NCBI GenBank assembly: GCA_009877105.1
Contig: WXFD01000019.1
Coordinates: forward strand, 9,355-73,354
Direction: 5' to 3'
DNA: 64,000 bases
Source of the DNA: Bacteroidales bacterium
GTDB taxonomy: Bacteria > Bacteroidota > Bacteroidia > Bacteroidales > VadinHA17
Positions within the stretch are counted from its first letter, which is position 1. Every line of letters starts with the position of its first letter. Position numbers and translations under genes: made by a program. The notes below the pieces were generated by a model that saw only the letters and a program-made list of their open reading frames with translations, did no database searches and was not told where the DNA came from. Shown here one piece after another: positions 9,129-19,607 of the stretch.

Positions 9129-10520
9129 TCATGATTTCACCTGGTCTTCAACCCTGCTTTTCACGGATCCGTCGCTGAACCGTGTGGTGATAAGGTCATT
9201 TGTCTTTAACTGGTTGCCTGACCTGAGGATTTTGCCGTTCAATGAGGTGATTGTATATCCGCGTTTCAAAACATTTCGCGGATCAAGGATCTTGAGTGAA
9301 TTTTCCGCACTTTCGGTCTTTTTCTTCATGTTGTCCAAAAGCATCCTGGAAGCATTGACAAGATTTTCTTTTATGTTTTTCAGCTCCGTTGCCTGAGATC
9401 CCAGCAGCGATATCGAAGCAGACATGATCCTGGCCTTGTGTCCGGCGGGCAGCATTCCGGCTTTAAGAATGAATCCCTTTCCTGAATTTACAAGTTCAAT
9501 AATGACACCTGAAAGTTGTTCCTTCAGTTCCGAAATCAAAATCCTTGCAAGCGGAATCAGTTTAATACCGAAGCTTTCCAGGAGCCGCGCGTTTTTTTCG
9601 ATAACTTGTCTGGATATTTCAGTTATGCGGTTGCTGAGGTCTGAAATATGTTCATCCGCTGCCCTCATTCCTTCAATCAGGAAGTCAGCAACTGCCGTTG
9701 GTGTTTTAAGTGCAATGTGGGCAACAAGGTCTGTGACCGACATGTCTTTCTCATGGCCTATGCCGGTAATAACAGGAAGGGGAAACTGGGTTATATGGAA
9801 TGCTATATTGTAATTGTCAAACCAGCTTAGGTCCGTTTGCGACCCGCCACCCCTGATGATTGCCACCACATCGAATGATGACACTTCTTCGGCTATCTTG
9901 TCAAGGGCACTGATCACTCCAGGTTCGGTGTCAGTCCCCTGCATTGGTGTTTCAAAAAGCCGGACATGGAAACCATATCCAAACGGATTATTAGCAAGAT
10001 GTTTCAGGAAATCAATATATCCGGCAGCATTCCTTGAGGAGACAACAGCGATCTTTTGCGGAACCAGCGGGAATCCGAGTTCCTTGTTCATATTGATAAC
10101 ACCCTCCTCTTCCAGTTTCCTGAGTATTTGCTGTCGTTTTACTGCAAGTTCACCAACGGTAAAGGATGGATCAATATCTGTAATTACCAGACTTAGTCCG
10201 TATATTTCATGATATTCGATCCTGGCCTTTACCAGGATTTTGATCCCTGAATAAAGTGTTTCTCCGGTAAGATCTTCGAAAAATGATTTCAGGAATCCAT
10301 AGCGGCTGCTCCAGATTACAGCCCTGATTCTGGCCCTGATATTAATATCGTCCGGATCCTTTTCAACAAGTTCAAGGTAGCAGTGACCTGAATAATTCTC
10401 CTTTATTTCGGATATTTCAGCAATAACCCAGTAGAAATCGGGCAGCGAGAGGTACAGGGAATCCCTGATCAACAGCTGTAGTTCAGTCAGGGAAATCTTG
10501 TTTTTCAGATCGTCACTCAC
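9129..10520 (-). CDS. xseA: Exodeoxyribonuclease VII large subunit
   Basis: 463 aa with an N-terminal OB-fold region (FYWVIAEISEIKENYSGHCYLELVEKD), a catalytic core (IIRGGGSQTDLSWFDN, GIGHEKD) and a long coiled-coil tail. Confidence 0.9.
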   Translation of the reverse strand: MSDDLKNKISLTELQLLIRDSLYLSLPDFYWVIAEISEIKENYSGHCYLELVEKDPDDINIRARIRAVIWSSRYGFLKSFFEDLTGETLYSGIKILVKARIEYHEIYGLSLVITDIDPSFTVGELAVKRQQILRKLEEEGVINMNKELGFPLVPQKIAVVSSRNAAGYIDFLKHLANNPFGYGFHVRLFETPMQGTDTEPGVISALDKIAEEVSSFDVVAIIRGGGSQTDLSWFDNYNIAFHITQFPLPVITGIGHEKDMSVTDLVAHIALKTPTAVADFLIEGMRAADEHISDLSNRITEISRQVIEKNARLLESFGIKLIPLARILISELKEQLSGVIIELVNSGKGFILKAGMLPAGHKARIMSASISLLGSQATELKNIKENLVNASRMLLDNMKKKTESAENSLKILDPRNVLKRGYTITSLNGKILRSGNQLKTNDLITTRFSDGSVKSRVEDQVKS

Positions 10521-11305
10521 CTTATTTGCATTTTTTCCGGATCTTCTGTATTTCTTTTCAGATTCTCGAGAGAATCAATGTAATTTGTTTCATACAGATC
10601 CATTTCACGGCTTTTAGGAACTCCCGCAACGTATTCCGTTTTGAATTTTATGCTTCCATCCTTGTTGTAGATTATCCATGTGCCTTCCTTCCTGTCATTT
10701 TTATACTGGCCGGTAACTTCGGGCCTGCCGCCGTCAGCGAAGAAAGCTTCGAATTTTCCGTTGAGCCTGCCGTTACTGTAAGTAGTATTAAAATGCAATG
10801 ATCCGTCGGGATGATATTTCATCCAGCTGCCGTCCTTAATGCCGGCCATATAATGCTGTTTCTCGGCAACAACGCTGTCAGGATAGTATTTAATCAGCCA
10901 GCCATGCAGTTTATCATTGGTATATTCCTCCTCACTTATAAGCAATCCTTTCGTGAAGAATGAAAAGAATTTCCATCTCCCTTCTTTCATCTGCCTGAAA
11001 TACTTGCCTTCCGACGCCTTGAATCCGTTGGTATAATACAGTACAGCCTCAGCTTCATTACCATCTGGTGAAAAGACAAGCAACGACTTAAGGACATTGT
11101 TCTCATAGTATCTTTTAAATTCACCTGTCGGGTGGTCATCCTTGAAAAAGCCGTCGTACATTATATTGCCATTGGGATATTTTTTGATCCAGCGGCCTTG
11201 TTTTCTTCCCTGGCTGTCGGTCTGATTCAGTGACTTATCGTCTTGGAAAGCATTAATTGCCATAAAACAAAACACCAGGAAAGCAGCTGTAATTTTGAGT
11301 GGCAT
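10517..11305 (-). CDS. MORN-repeat (YwqK-like) protein with signal peptide
   Basis: Repeated G-x-W-x-x-Y-(Y)-x-N/DG units (GRWIKKYPNGN, GEFKRYYENN, GRWKFF, GWLIKYYPD, GSWMKYHPDGS, GTWIIYNKDGS). I chose the ATG at 11305 (MPLKITAAFLVF...) over the listed GTG at 11314. Its stop overlaps the xseA start by 4 nt. Confidence 0.7.
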   Translation of the reverse strand: MPLKITAAFLVFCFMAINAFQDDKSLNQTDSQGRKQGRWIKKYPNGNIMYDGFFKDDHPTGEFKRYYENNVLKSLLVFSPDGNEAEAVLYYTNGFKASEGKYFRQMKEGRWKFFSFFTKGLLISEEEYTNDKLHGWLIKYYPDSVVAEKQHYMAGIKDGSWMKYHPDGSLHFNTTYSNGRLNGKFEAFFADGGRPEVTGQYKNDRKEGTWIIYNKDGSIKFKTEYVAGVPKSREMDLYETNYIDSLENLKRNTEDPEKMQIR

Positions 11306-11455
11306 GGAAAACACAGAGATTAACAGTTAAAATTACAAAATTTACAGGTTCCGGGACGCCCTGACTTCAGAATAAATCGGGGCCTTTCAGTGGAGGTACC
11401 GATTATTGCGGCAGCCGTACCCTTCATATTGATATGAATTTTCAATAATTATAAA

Positions 11456-11509
11456 GGGCCGGTTCAGAAGCCGCTGTACCTCACGGTCAAGCAACTTTTA
11501 AACCGGCCC
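11456..11509 (-). terminator. Possible dnaK terminator (9-bp stem GGGCCGGTT/AACCGGCCC with large loop, then T/A-rich tract on minus strand)
   Basis: Inverted repeat read directly, 28 nt downstream of the dnaK stop. The 36-nt loop makes this atypical. Confidence 0.35.
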
Positions 11510-11536
11510 CGTTCCCTATCTTTTCCCCTGAAAGGT

Positions 11537-13450
11537 TTACTTTACCTCTTCGAAATCAACATCGGTTACTTCATCATTTCCTGACCGGGCTTTCCCGTCA
11601 TCAGTGTGACCCGTTTCGGGTCCCGGTTGTGACGACGCACCGGAGGCCTGTGCATGCTTGTACATTTCTTCTGATGCGGTTTGCCATACTGCATTAAGTT
11701 CTGCAAGAGCCTTGTCGATTTCAGACAGATCCTGTGACTTGTGTGCCTCCTTCAGCCTTGAGAGTGCATTCTCGATAGCACTCTTTTTGTCGGAGGGGAT
11801 CTTGTCACCGAATTCCTTAAGCTGTTTCTCGGTTGTAAAGATCATGCTGTCAGCGGCATTTATTTTATCGGCACGTTCTTTTGCCTTACTGTCAGCTTCG
11901 GCATTTGCCTTTGCTTCTTCCCTCATTCTTTTTATTTCATCATCGCTGAGCCCCGATGATGCTTCGATCCTTATGCGTTGTTCCTTACCTGTACCCCTGT
12001 CCTTGGCAGTAACATGCAAAATTCCGTTTGCGTCAATATCGAATGTTACTTCAATCTGCGGGACTCCCCTTGGAGCAGGCGGGATACCGTCAAGATGAAA
12101 TCGTCCGATCGTTTTGTTGCCAGAAGCGATTGGCCTTTCCCCCTGGAGAACGTGGATCTCAACTGATGGCTGACTGTCTGCAGCAGTGGTAAATACCTCC
12201 ATCTTCTTGGTGGGTATGGTGGTGTTTGCTTCAATGAGTCTTGTCATTACTCCTCCCATGGTTTCAATACCAAGTGAAAGCGGAGTGACGTCAAGCAGCA
12301 ATACATCCTTTACTTCTCCGGTAAGCACACCGCCCTGGATGGCTGCCCCGACAGCCACCACCTCATCCGGATTCACACCCTTTGAAGGTACCCTGCCAAA
12401 GAACTTCTCAACAAGCTGCTGTATTGCAGGTATACGCGTAGATCCTCCCACAAGGAGAACTTCATCAATCTCGGAAGCTTTCAGCCCCGAATCATTCAAT
12501 GCTTTCTGGCACGGTTCAATACATGCCTGGATAAGCTTGTCGCATAGTTTCTCGAAATGTGCCCTTGTAAGTGTTTTTACAAGATGTTTTGGAATTCCGT
12601 CAACCGGCATTATGTAAGGCAGGTTGATCTCTGTGGATGTTGAACTTGAAAGCTCAATTTTTGCTTTCTCAGCTGCTTCCTTCAGCCTTTGCAGGGCCAT
12701 TGGGTCCTTCCTGAGATCAACGCCCTCATCCTTGAGAAATTCCTCTGCAAGCCAGTCGATTATCATATGATCAAAATCATCCCCGCCAAGATGTGTATCG
12801 CCATTGGTTGATTTGACCTCAAATACTCCATCTCCAAGTTCAAGAATGGAAATGTCGAATGTACCTCCGCCAAGATCAAATACAGCAATTTTAAGATCCT
12901 GTGACTTCTTGTCAAGGCCATATGCCAGTGAGGCTGCGGTAGGCTCATTGATTATCCTTTTAACGTTCAGACCTGCAATCTCGCCGGCTTCTTTGGTTGC
13001 CTGCCTCTGTGAATCACTGAAATATGCAGGTACCGTTATAACCGCATCGGTAACCTCCTGCCCGAGATAATCCTCTGCGGTTTTTTTCATTTTCTGAAGG
13101 ATCATTGCAGAGATCTCCTGCGGCGAATACATCCTGTTGTCTATCTTAACCCGGGGTGTATTGTTGTCACCCCTGACCACAGGGAAAGTCATCCGCTTTA
13201 TCTCCTCGTCCACCTTATCGTAAGTTTCACCCATAAAGCGTTTGATCGAGTAAACCGTCTTTTTGGCATTTGTTATGGCCTGACGCTTGGCCGGATCACC
13301 CACCTTGCGTTCGCCATTGTCGAGAAATGCCACAATTGAGGGCGTCGTCCTTTTACCTTCACTGTTGGGAATGATAACCGGTTCATTGCCTTCCATTACA
13401 GCTACGCATGAATTCGTTGTTCCCAGGTCAATTCCTATAATTTTTCCCAT
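11537..13450 (-). CDS. dnaK: Molecular chaperone DnaK (Hsp70)
   Basis: 637 aa, full-length Hsp70 signatures ([33 protein letters not shown]). Confidence 0.98.
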   Translation of the reverse strand: MGKIIGIDLGTTNSCVAVMEGNEPVIIPNSEGKRTTPSIVAFLDNGERKVGDPAKRQAITNAKKTVYSIKRFMGETYDKVDEEIKRMTFPVVRGDNNTPRVKIDNRMYSPQEISAMILQKMKKTAEDYLGQEVTDAVITVPAYFSDSQRQATKEAGEIAGLNVKRIINEPTAASLAYGLDKKSQDLKIAVFDLGGGTFDISILELGDGVFEVKSTNGDTHLGGDDFDHMIIDWLAEEFLKDEGVDLRKDPMALQRLKEAAEKAKIELSSSTSTEINLPYIMPVDGIPKHLVKTLTRAHFEKLCDKLIQACIEPCQKALNDSGLKASEIDEVLLVGGSTRIPAIQQLVEKFFGRVPSKGVNPDEVVAVGAAIQGGVLTGEVKDVLLLDVTPLSLGIETMGGVMTRLIEANTTIPTKKMEVFTTAADSQPSVEIHVLQGERPIASGNKTIGRFHLDGIPPAPRGVPQIEVTFDIDANGILHVTAKDRGTGKEQRIRIEASSGLSDDEIKRMREEAKANAEADSKAKERADKINAADSMIFTTEKQLKEFGDKIPSDKKSAIENALSRLKEAHKSQDLSEIDKALAELNAVWQTASEEMYKHAQASGASSQPGPETGHTDDGKARSGNDEVTDVDFEEVK

Positions 13451-13803
13451 TTTATGTTTGTTTTTAAAAAGTATTCTGTTGATGACTCATTTATTAACAA
13501 TGTTTATGCCATTCGGAAAACATGACAAAACGACATGATCCGGACGCCATAACTGTCAATAAAAAGATATATTTTCCGTTGTAACGCTTCCGGGGCAAAT
13601 ATGTAACTTTGCTGAGAATGCCCGGAACACCGGGTATCATGATTGATATTTAAATTTACCTGACAACATTGCTCAAAGATAGGGGAGACGCCGGAGGCCC
13701 GGATGCAGGGAGAGGAAACATCCAGCATAGTTTGCTTTCAGCGATACCGGATACTGCAATTTAAATCCCCGGCACTGATTAATTAACAATAAATTTCCAT
13801 ATT

Positions 13804-14619
13804 ATGTCGAATTCCAGTACAGCCAGGCGGATAACAACTCATGTGCTTTTTGAGATGAAGCTTAAAGGTGAAAAAATTGCGATGCTTACGGGCTATGATT
13901 ATTCCATTGCGAGGATCCTTGATGAAGCTGGTATTGATATTATCCTGGTAGGGGATTCAGCTTCCAATGTCATGGCTGGTTATGAAACCACACTGCCGAT
14001 AACGCTCGAGAACATGATCTACCATGCAGCTTCCGTAGTCCGCGCCGTTAAAAGGGCCATGGTTGTTGTCGATCTTCCTTTCGGGACTTACCAGGGAAAT
14101 TCTAAGGAGGCTCTTGCCTCATCAATAAGGATTATGAAAGAAACTGGCGCACATGCAGTTAAGCTTGAAGGGGGTTACCAGGTTGCGGAATCGGTAGAGC
14201 GGATCCTGTCAGCCGGAATACCTGTAATGGGTCATCTCGGACTCATGCCCCAGTCAATACATAAATTTGGTACTTATGTAGTCAGGGCAAAAGAACAGGA
14301 GGAGGCACGCCGCCTCTTGGAAGATGCCAGGATTCTCGAAAAAACGGGTTGCTTTGCCGTGGTGCTTGAAAAGATCCCTGCCAGACTGGCGGAAGAAGTA
14401 ACCAATACATTAAAAATACCTGTTATTGGAATTGGAGCGGGATCCAAAACGGACGGCCAGGTGCTTGTACTCCACGATATGCTTGGAATCACAAAGGAAT
14501 TTTCTCCAAGATTTCTCAGAAGGTATCATAATCTCTATGACGAAATAAAGGGAGCCGTTCAGGTTTATATCAGTGATGTGAGAACTCTTTCCTTTCCAAA
14601 TGAGAAAGAGCAATATTAG
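13804..14619 (+). CDS. panB: 3-methyl-2-oxobutanoate hydroxymethyltransferase
   Basis: 271 aa with [31 protein letters not shown] and IGIGAG motifs typical of PanB. Confidence 0.92.
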   Translation: MSNSSTARRITTHVLFEMKLKGEKIAMLTGYDYSIARILDEAGIDIILVGDSASNVMAGYETTLPITLENMIYHAASVVRAVKRAMVVVDLPFGTYQGNSKEALASSIRIMKETGAHAVKLEGGYQVAESVERILSAGIPVMGHLGLMPQSIHKFGTYVVRAKEQEEARRLLEDARILEKTGCFAVVLEKIPARLAEEVTNTLKIPVIGIGAGSKTDGQVLVLHDMLGITKEFSPRFLRRYHNLYDEIKGAVQVYISDVRTLSFPNEKEQY

Positions 14620-14630
14620 TCAAATGCAAT

Positions 14631-15311
14631 ATGATTGAAGTTCTTTATGAAGATAATCATCTGCTTGCGGTGAATAAAAAGGCATCTGACCTTTCTCAGG
14701 GCGATGCATCAGGGGACAGTTCCCTTGATTTACAGATAAAAGATTATTTATCGGCAAAATATAATAAACCGGGCGAGGTTTTCCTGGGAGTCGTACACAG
14801 GCTTGACAGGCCTGTTGGTGGAGTGATCCTTTATGCCCGAACTTCCAAGGCGCTGCGCAGGCTGAATGAATTGTTCCGTAACAGGGAAGTAACGAAGACC
14901 TATCTTGCAATAGTCGGGAACCGGCCTCCCGAAGACAAGGCAACCATAACTCATTTTCTCCGTAAGAATGAAAAACAGAACAGGGCAAACGTTTTCGACA
15001 GGCAGGTAAAAGGATCGCAGGAGGCATCACTTACTTACAGGCTGGCCGGCAGATCGGATCGCTACTTTCTCCTCGAAATAGAACTTCATTCTGGACGCCA
15101 CCATCAGATCAGGGCTCAGCTCTCAAAGATCGGATGCCCGGTTAAAGGCGACCTGAAATACGGATCTCCCAGGTCCAACAATGACGGTAGCATCAGTCTG
15201 TTTGCCAGGCGACTTGAACTTATCCATCCCGTTAGAAAAGAGAAAATTGAGATATGTGCCCCCCTGCCTGAGACTGACGTCTGGAAACATTTCAGCGGAG
15301 TTGAGGTGTGA
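14631..15311 (+). CDS. RluA-family RNA pseudouridine synthase
   Basis: 226 aa with the catalytic HRLDRPVGG motif and HQIRAQL motif. It lacks an S4 domain, like short RluA-type enzymes. Confidence 0.85.
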   Translation: MIEVLYEDNHLLAVNKKASDLSQGDASGDSSLDLQIKDYLSAKYNKPGEVFLGVVHRLDRPVGGVILYARTSKALRRLNELFRNREVTKTYLAIVGNRPPEDKATITHFLRKNEKQNRANVFDRQVKGSQEASLTYRLAGRSDRYFLLEIELHSGRHHQIRAQLSKIGCPVKGDLKYGSPRSNNDGSISLFARRLELIHPVRKEKIEICAPLPETDVWKHFSGVEV

Positions 15312-15552
15312 TGCACCCTCATTTCTGACACAACGAAATGCCACTTGTTGGCTTCATCCCCATTCTTATATTCCTGCGAAACTAACAATGAAAATTGATT
15401 GAGCCGGGAATAAAAGGATATTTTAATATTTTTATAACTTGCTTAATAAGTATATAACCAAAAAATCCCAAACTTGATCCGAACCTCGTTAATATCAGGT
15501 TAATTTGAGTTAATGAAACGTTAAAGCCATGTTTTGAACGAAGGCAATGATT

Positions 15553-15560
15553 TAATTTTG
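15553..15560 (+). promoter_or_regulatory. TAATTTTG -7-type box only 5 nt upstream of the histidine kinase ATG (possible leaderless transcript)
   Basis: Perfect TAnnTTTG match. The spacing would put the transcription start at or next to the start codon, so this is either a leaderless mRNA or a chance match. Confidence 0.3.
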
Positions 15561-15565
15561 CAATC

Positions 15566-17212
15566 ATGAGCCGTAACAAATTTATTGGTCTGATAATAAT
15601 GATGCTGATATCACTTACCGGCATCATATGGGTTCAGATTGTATGGATTCGAAATGCAGTCAATATCCGGAACGAGAATTTTAACAGAACAGTATTTGCA
15701 AGTCTCAATGATGCTGCCAATTCTATAGAATCAAACAGGCGGCTGGGTTTCTTCAACGACTTAATGTTCGGCGAACCGGTTTCACCGCTGAATTTTGAAA
15801 GCGGAATCAGCGGCTATCTTAGTGTGGGAAGCTACTCATCCTCATCCTCCGACGGGAGGAGTTTTAATTTCAGCGTTGCCAGACAATCAGTGGTCAGTTC
15901 CGTTGGCTCTGAATCCAGGGTAAGCGTAAAAAATTCATCGGTCATACGCTCTGATACTACTTTTTTCGCCGACACCGGTACAATAATGATCAGGTATCCG
16001 TCCGGCCGGACGCCTGCAGGTGCTGCCAGGGAACCTGACAGATATCCCAATAATTCACAGTCAATATTTGTTAACCGCCAGGAATTCCTCGATTGGGTAA
16101 GAAGGAGGGCAAGCCAGTTCCAGAACATGAGTGATCAGATGATATCGGAGGTTTATCAGTGGGAAAAAAGCATGGAACTCGACAACAATGAGATAGGAGC
16201 TGCATTGCAGAGGGCATTCCTGTTTTCAGGCATCGAAACTCCTTTTGAATTTGCAGTTATCAAAGATGGCAGGATTGAGGAAAATACTACCGCAAAATCG
16301 GCCAGAAACGATTTTCTGAAAAGCATTTATAAGGTTCAGCTCTTTCCCGACAATATAATAAGCCAGAATCTGATCCTTTCGGTGGTATTTCCTGGGCGCA
16401 CCAATTATGTTCTCAGGTCTATGGCCTGGCTGCTGGGCGGATCCCTTTTATTTTCGTTCATAATTCTGGCTACTTTTGCACTGAGTCTTTTCTTCATAAT
16501 AAGACAAAAAAAGATTTCGGAAATGAAATCCGACTTTTTGAACAACATGACCCACGAGTTTAAAACCCCGATTGCCACAATTTCACTGGCTGCAGATACA
16601 ATAACAAACCCGAAGATAATCAGGGATGAATCGAGTATTCGTCATTTCATAGGAATGATAAAGAAGGAAAACAGCAGGATGAACAAAAAGGTGGAAACCA
16701 TCCTGCAGATTGCTTCACTCGACAAGAAAGAAATTAATTTCAACTATGATAACCTGTCACTGCATAACATAATTGAAAGGGCAGCCGAGACAATCGAAAT
16801 ACACCTGCATCAGAAAAAGGGAAAACTGAAGCTTCAGCTTGATGCAACTGACCCGGTAATTTATGGTGATCAGGAGCATCTTACAAATCTTGTCAGCAAC
16901 CTTCTCGACAACGCTGTAAAATATTCTCCCGAATATCCCGATATCACTGTCCTGACATATAATACCGATGGCGGAATAATGATGTCGGTGCTGGACAAGG
17001 GAATAGGTATGACAAAAAGCGTTCAAAGCAGGATTTTTGAAAGATTTTACCGTCAGGGTTCGGGGAATGTACATGATGTTAAGGGTTTTGGCCTGGGACT
17101 GAATTATGTAAAAGCGATTATCGATGCACACAGGGGGTCAATTAGCGTTTTCAGTGAACCTGGTAAAGGCAGCAGGTTCGATATATTCCTGCCATCAAAC
17201 TGGGAAAATTAA
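15566..17212 (+). CDS. Two-component sensor histidine kinase
   Basis: 548 aa with an N-terminal TM helix, a Ser-rich periplasmic region, a second TM, a HisKA H-box (MTHEFKTPIATI) and HATPase_c N/G boxes (LLDNAVKYSP, DKGIGM, GFGLGL). Confidence 0.92.
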   Translation: MSRNKFIGLIIMMLISLTGIIWVQIVWIRNAVNIRNENFNRTVFASLNDAANSIESNRRLGFFNDLMFGEPVSPLNFESGISGYLSVGSYSSSSSDGRSFNFSVARQSVVSSVGSESRVSVKNSSVIRSDTTFFADTGTIMIRYPSGRTPAGAAREPDRYPNNSQSIFVNRQEFLDWVRRRASQFQNMSDQMISEVYQWEKSMELDNNEIGAALQRAFLFSGIETPFEFAVIKDGRIEENTTAKSARNDFLKSIYKVQLFPDNIISQNLILSVVFPGRTNYVLRSMAWLLGGSLLFSFIILATFALSLFFIIRQKKISEMKSDFLNNMTHEFKTPIATISLAADTITNPKIIRDESSIRHFIGMIKKENSRMNKKVETILQIASLDKKEINFNYDNLSLHNIIERAAETIEIHLHQKKGKLKLQLDATDPVIYGDQEHLTNLVSNLLDNAVKYSPEYPDITVLTYNTDGGIMMSVLDKGIGMTKSVQSRIFERFYRQGSGNVHDVKGFGLGLNYVKAIIDAHRGSISVFSEPGKGSRFDIFLPSNWEN

Positions 17213-17217
17213 TAAAA

Positions 17218-17913
17218 ATGAAATTAGCAAAAATCTTTCTTGTTGAGGATGACCTGAGTTTCGGCTCGGTGTTGAAATCCTATCTTGAACTGAATGAATA
17301 CGAGGTTGTATGGGTGGATGACGGGAAAAATGCGATTGAACATTTCAAGCAGGATGTGTTCGATATCTGCATACTCGATGTGATGCTGCCCCACGTGGAT
17401 GGTTTTACCCTGGCAACCGAGATAAGAAATATCAACCCTGCCGTTCCAATAGTCTTTCTCACCGCAAAAAAGTTAAAGGAGGATGTTCTTAAAGGCTATG
17501 GAGCAGGAGGGGATGATTACATTACTAAACCTTTCGACACCGATATCCTGATTGCAAAGATACGGGCAATCCTTTCAAGGCGCGATTTTCAGACGGGCCA
17601 TAAAGATATATTCGAGATTGGCAAGTTTATTTTCAATGCCAAGCTCAGGACACTTACATCCGGAGACGAGGAAAAAAAGCTGTCTCCCAAGGAAGCTCAG
17701 CTTCTCGAACTTCTGGCACTGAATCCCAATGAGCTGATAGGTAGGGAAATGGCCCTGAAAAGAATATGGGGTTCCGATGATTACTTTACTGCCAGAAGCA
17801 TGGATGTATACATTACAAAGCTCAGGAAATTTTTATCGGAGGATGACAGGATCAATATTAAAAATGTTCATGGAGCCGGTTTCCAGCTGATTATAAGGAG
17901 TGATGAAGGCTGA
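17218..17913 (+). CDS. OmpR/PhoB-type response regulator
   Basis: 231 aa with a receiver domain (FLVEDD ... ICILDVMLPHVDG ... LTAK) and a winged-helix output domain (LSPKEAQLLELL ... YITKLRKFL). It starts 6 nt after the kinase gene. Confidence 0.93.
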   Translation: MKLAKIFLVEDDLSFGSVLKSYLELNEYEVVWVDDGKNAIEHFKQDVFDICILDVMLPHVDGFTLATEIRNINPAVPIVFLTAKKLKEDVLKGYGAGGDDYITKPFDTDILIAKIRAILSRRDFQTGHKDIFEIGKFIFNAKLRTLTSGDEEKKLSPKEAQLLELLALNPNELIGREMALKRIWGSDDYFTARSMDVYITKLRKFLSEDDRINIKNVHGAGFQLIIRSDEG

Positions 17914-18391
17914 GGCTTCCCTTGTCAAATTGGAGCGGGAGGAGCGAGGCGGCACTTTCAATAATGAGTATCTTTTCTTCCCCGTAAAGTAAAATCCTGA
18001 TCTCTTTCTTATTTCGGTATTCTTCCTCAATGATCATCTGTCTGCAGTTACCGCAGGGTGAAACAGGAGCTGAGGTAAATACAGTTCCATTCATTGCAGC
18101 TATGGCAATTGCCGATGGCCTGTCGCCGGCATGATTTGCCACCGCATAAGCCAGGGCAGTCCTCTCGGCACAGATTCCTGACGGGAATGCCGCATTTTCA
18201 ACATTAGATCCGTGTACGATAATACCGGATTCAAGCATGACAGCTGCACCAACCCTGAAGCCGGAGTATGGAGCATAGGCGTTTTCTGCAGCCCTTTTTG
18301 CCTCTGTTATAAGCCGGGAGTCTTCACTTTCAAGATCGCTGAAACTTTCATGTTCCACGTATTTGAAAGTGATTTTTTTAATTTTTGTCAT
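17891..18391 (-). CDS. cdd: Cytidine deaminase
   Basis: 166 aa with zinc motifs CAERTAL and PCGNCRQ. Its 3' end overlaps the convergent response regulator gene by 23 nt. Confidence 0.88.
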   Translation of the reverse strand: MTKIKKITFKYVEHESFSDLESEDSRLITEAKRAAENAYAPYSGFRVGAAVMLESGIIVHGSNVENAAFPSGICAERTALAYAVANHAGDRPSAIAIAAMNGTVFTSAPVSPCGNCRQMIIEEEYRNKKEIRILLYGEEKILIIESAASLLPLQFDKGSLSLHHSL

Positions 18392-18515
18392 AGTACAGCC
18401 TGTCGGGATCAGATGATAAAATTAACAAAATTCGTGTTAAACAGGGTGTAAATTCATTTCTTTCAATGATTTTACCAAGACTGTCCCAGACTGCATTCCC
18501 TTTGAATTCTTTTTG

Positions 18516-18523
18516 TATTTTTG
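18516..18523 (+). promoter_or_regulatory. TATTTTTG -7 promoter box upstream of the glucosaminidase/LysM gene
   Basis: Perfect TAnnTTTG match. It overlaps the listed TTG start at 18521, which argues for a downstream start at 18542. Confidence 0.4.
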
Positions 18524-18541
18524 CCTGAAACAGAAAAAAGG

Positions 18542-19603
18542 TTGAAATTGCGCATACCATTTATTTTCCTGTTAGTTGCGCTGCTTTTCCTGCTTTCGTG
18601 CAGGGCCGCAAGGCAGCCTGTATCCTCACACGTCGTCGTTTCCGGCACCTCTCATGCCCCTGTTACTGCCCCTGCCGCTGCCTACATCCAGTCCTACAAG
18701 GATCTGGCTATAAATGAAATGAAAAGAACCGGAGTACCTGCAAGCATTACCCTGGCACAGGGTATGCTTGAATCGGATTACGGACGGAGCACTCTTGCCA
18801 GGACAGCCAACAATCATTTCGGGATAAAATGCCATAATGACTGGAAAGGTCAGTCTGTACGGCAACATGATGACAGGAGGAATGAATGCTTCAGGAAATA
18901 CCAGAAGATAGAGGATTCATTCTATGATCATTCTGACTTTTTAAGATCGGGTTCCCGCTACAGTTTTCTTTTCGAACTGAATCCCCTGGATTACAAAGCC
19001 TGGGCGCATGGACTAAAAAAGGCTGGTTACGCTACTAACCCCGATTATGCACATTTACTCATCAGGAAAATTGAGGAGAATAAACTTCATGTTTATGACG
19101 AAATGTATACTGCCTCAGCCGGCAGGGCCAGAATAAAGGCTCCTCCGAGGGAGCCGGCCTCATCCGTCCCGGCAGGAACTGCGGAAAAACCGGCAGCTGC
19201 TACCACAGATGAAACTGTTACTTTTGCCGCTGTTCTGGCAAGGGTTCCCGCTATTAAGGAAAAAAACAAGATTCAATATATTATTGTAGCTGAAGGCGAT
19301 ACCCGTGAGAAGCTTGAAAACGAATTTCAGCTTCTTCGATGGGAACTGCCAAGATATAATGAACTTAAGGAGGATTTTGTCCCGTTTCCAGGGCAGATCC
19401 TCTACCTTCAGCCAAAAAGGGACAAGGCTGAGGCCGGTAATGATTTTCACACTGCCGCAGAAGGGGAAACCATGTATTCAATTTCACAGCAGTATGGTAT
19501 AAGACTGGGCGATCTGCTTGAAATGAACAGGATGGCACCGGGCACGGAACCCACAGCCGGCCAGAAGATATGGCTAAGGAGCATGAAGCCGGCGGGAGGA
19601 TGA
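18542..19603 (+). CDS. Peptidoglycan hydrolase: N-acetylglucosaminidase (GH73-type) domain plus C-terminal LysM, lipoprotein signal
   Basis: Motifs ASITLAQGMLESDYGRS, NNHFGIK and GYATNPDY indicate a glucosaminidase domain. The C-terminal YTAAEGETMYSISQQYGIRLGDLLEMN is LysM. There is no in-frame ATG. A TTG at 18542 gives MKLRIPFIFLLVALLFLLSC; the listed alternative is the TTG at 18521. Confidence 0.8.
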   Translation: MKLRIPFIFLLVALLFLLSCRAARQPVSSHVVVSGTSHAPVTAPAAAYIQSYKDLAINEMKRTGVPASITLAQGMLESDYGRSTLARTANNHFGIKCHNDWKGQSVRQHDDRRNECFRKYQKIEDSFYDHSDFLRSGSRYSFLFELNPLDYKAWAHGLKKAGYATNPDYAHLLIRKIEENKLHVYDEMYTASAGRARIKAPPREPASSVPAGTAEKPAAATTDETVTFAAVLARVPAIKEKNKIQYIIVAEGDTREKLENEFQLLRWELPRYNELKEDFVPFPGQILYLQPKRDKAEAGNDFHTAAEGETMYSISQQYGIRLGDLLEMNRMAPGTEPTAGQKIWLRSMKPAGG

Positions 19604-19607
19604 GTTT

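Noticed and set aside
13451-13803. Possible heat-shock operator (CIRCE) or ncRNA in the 353-nt dnaK/panB divergent region, and the 74-aa ORF at 13504..13728
   Set aside because: I could find no TTAGCACTC-N9-GAGTGCTAA-like inverted repeat, only a 7/8 match to the -7 box at about 13600. The ORF has no support. Nothing specific enough to call.
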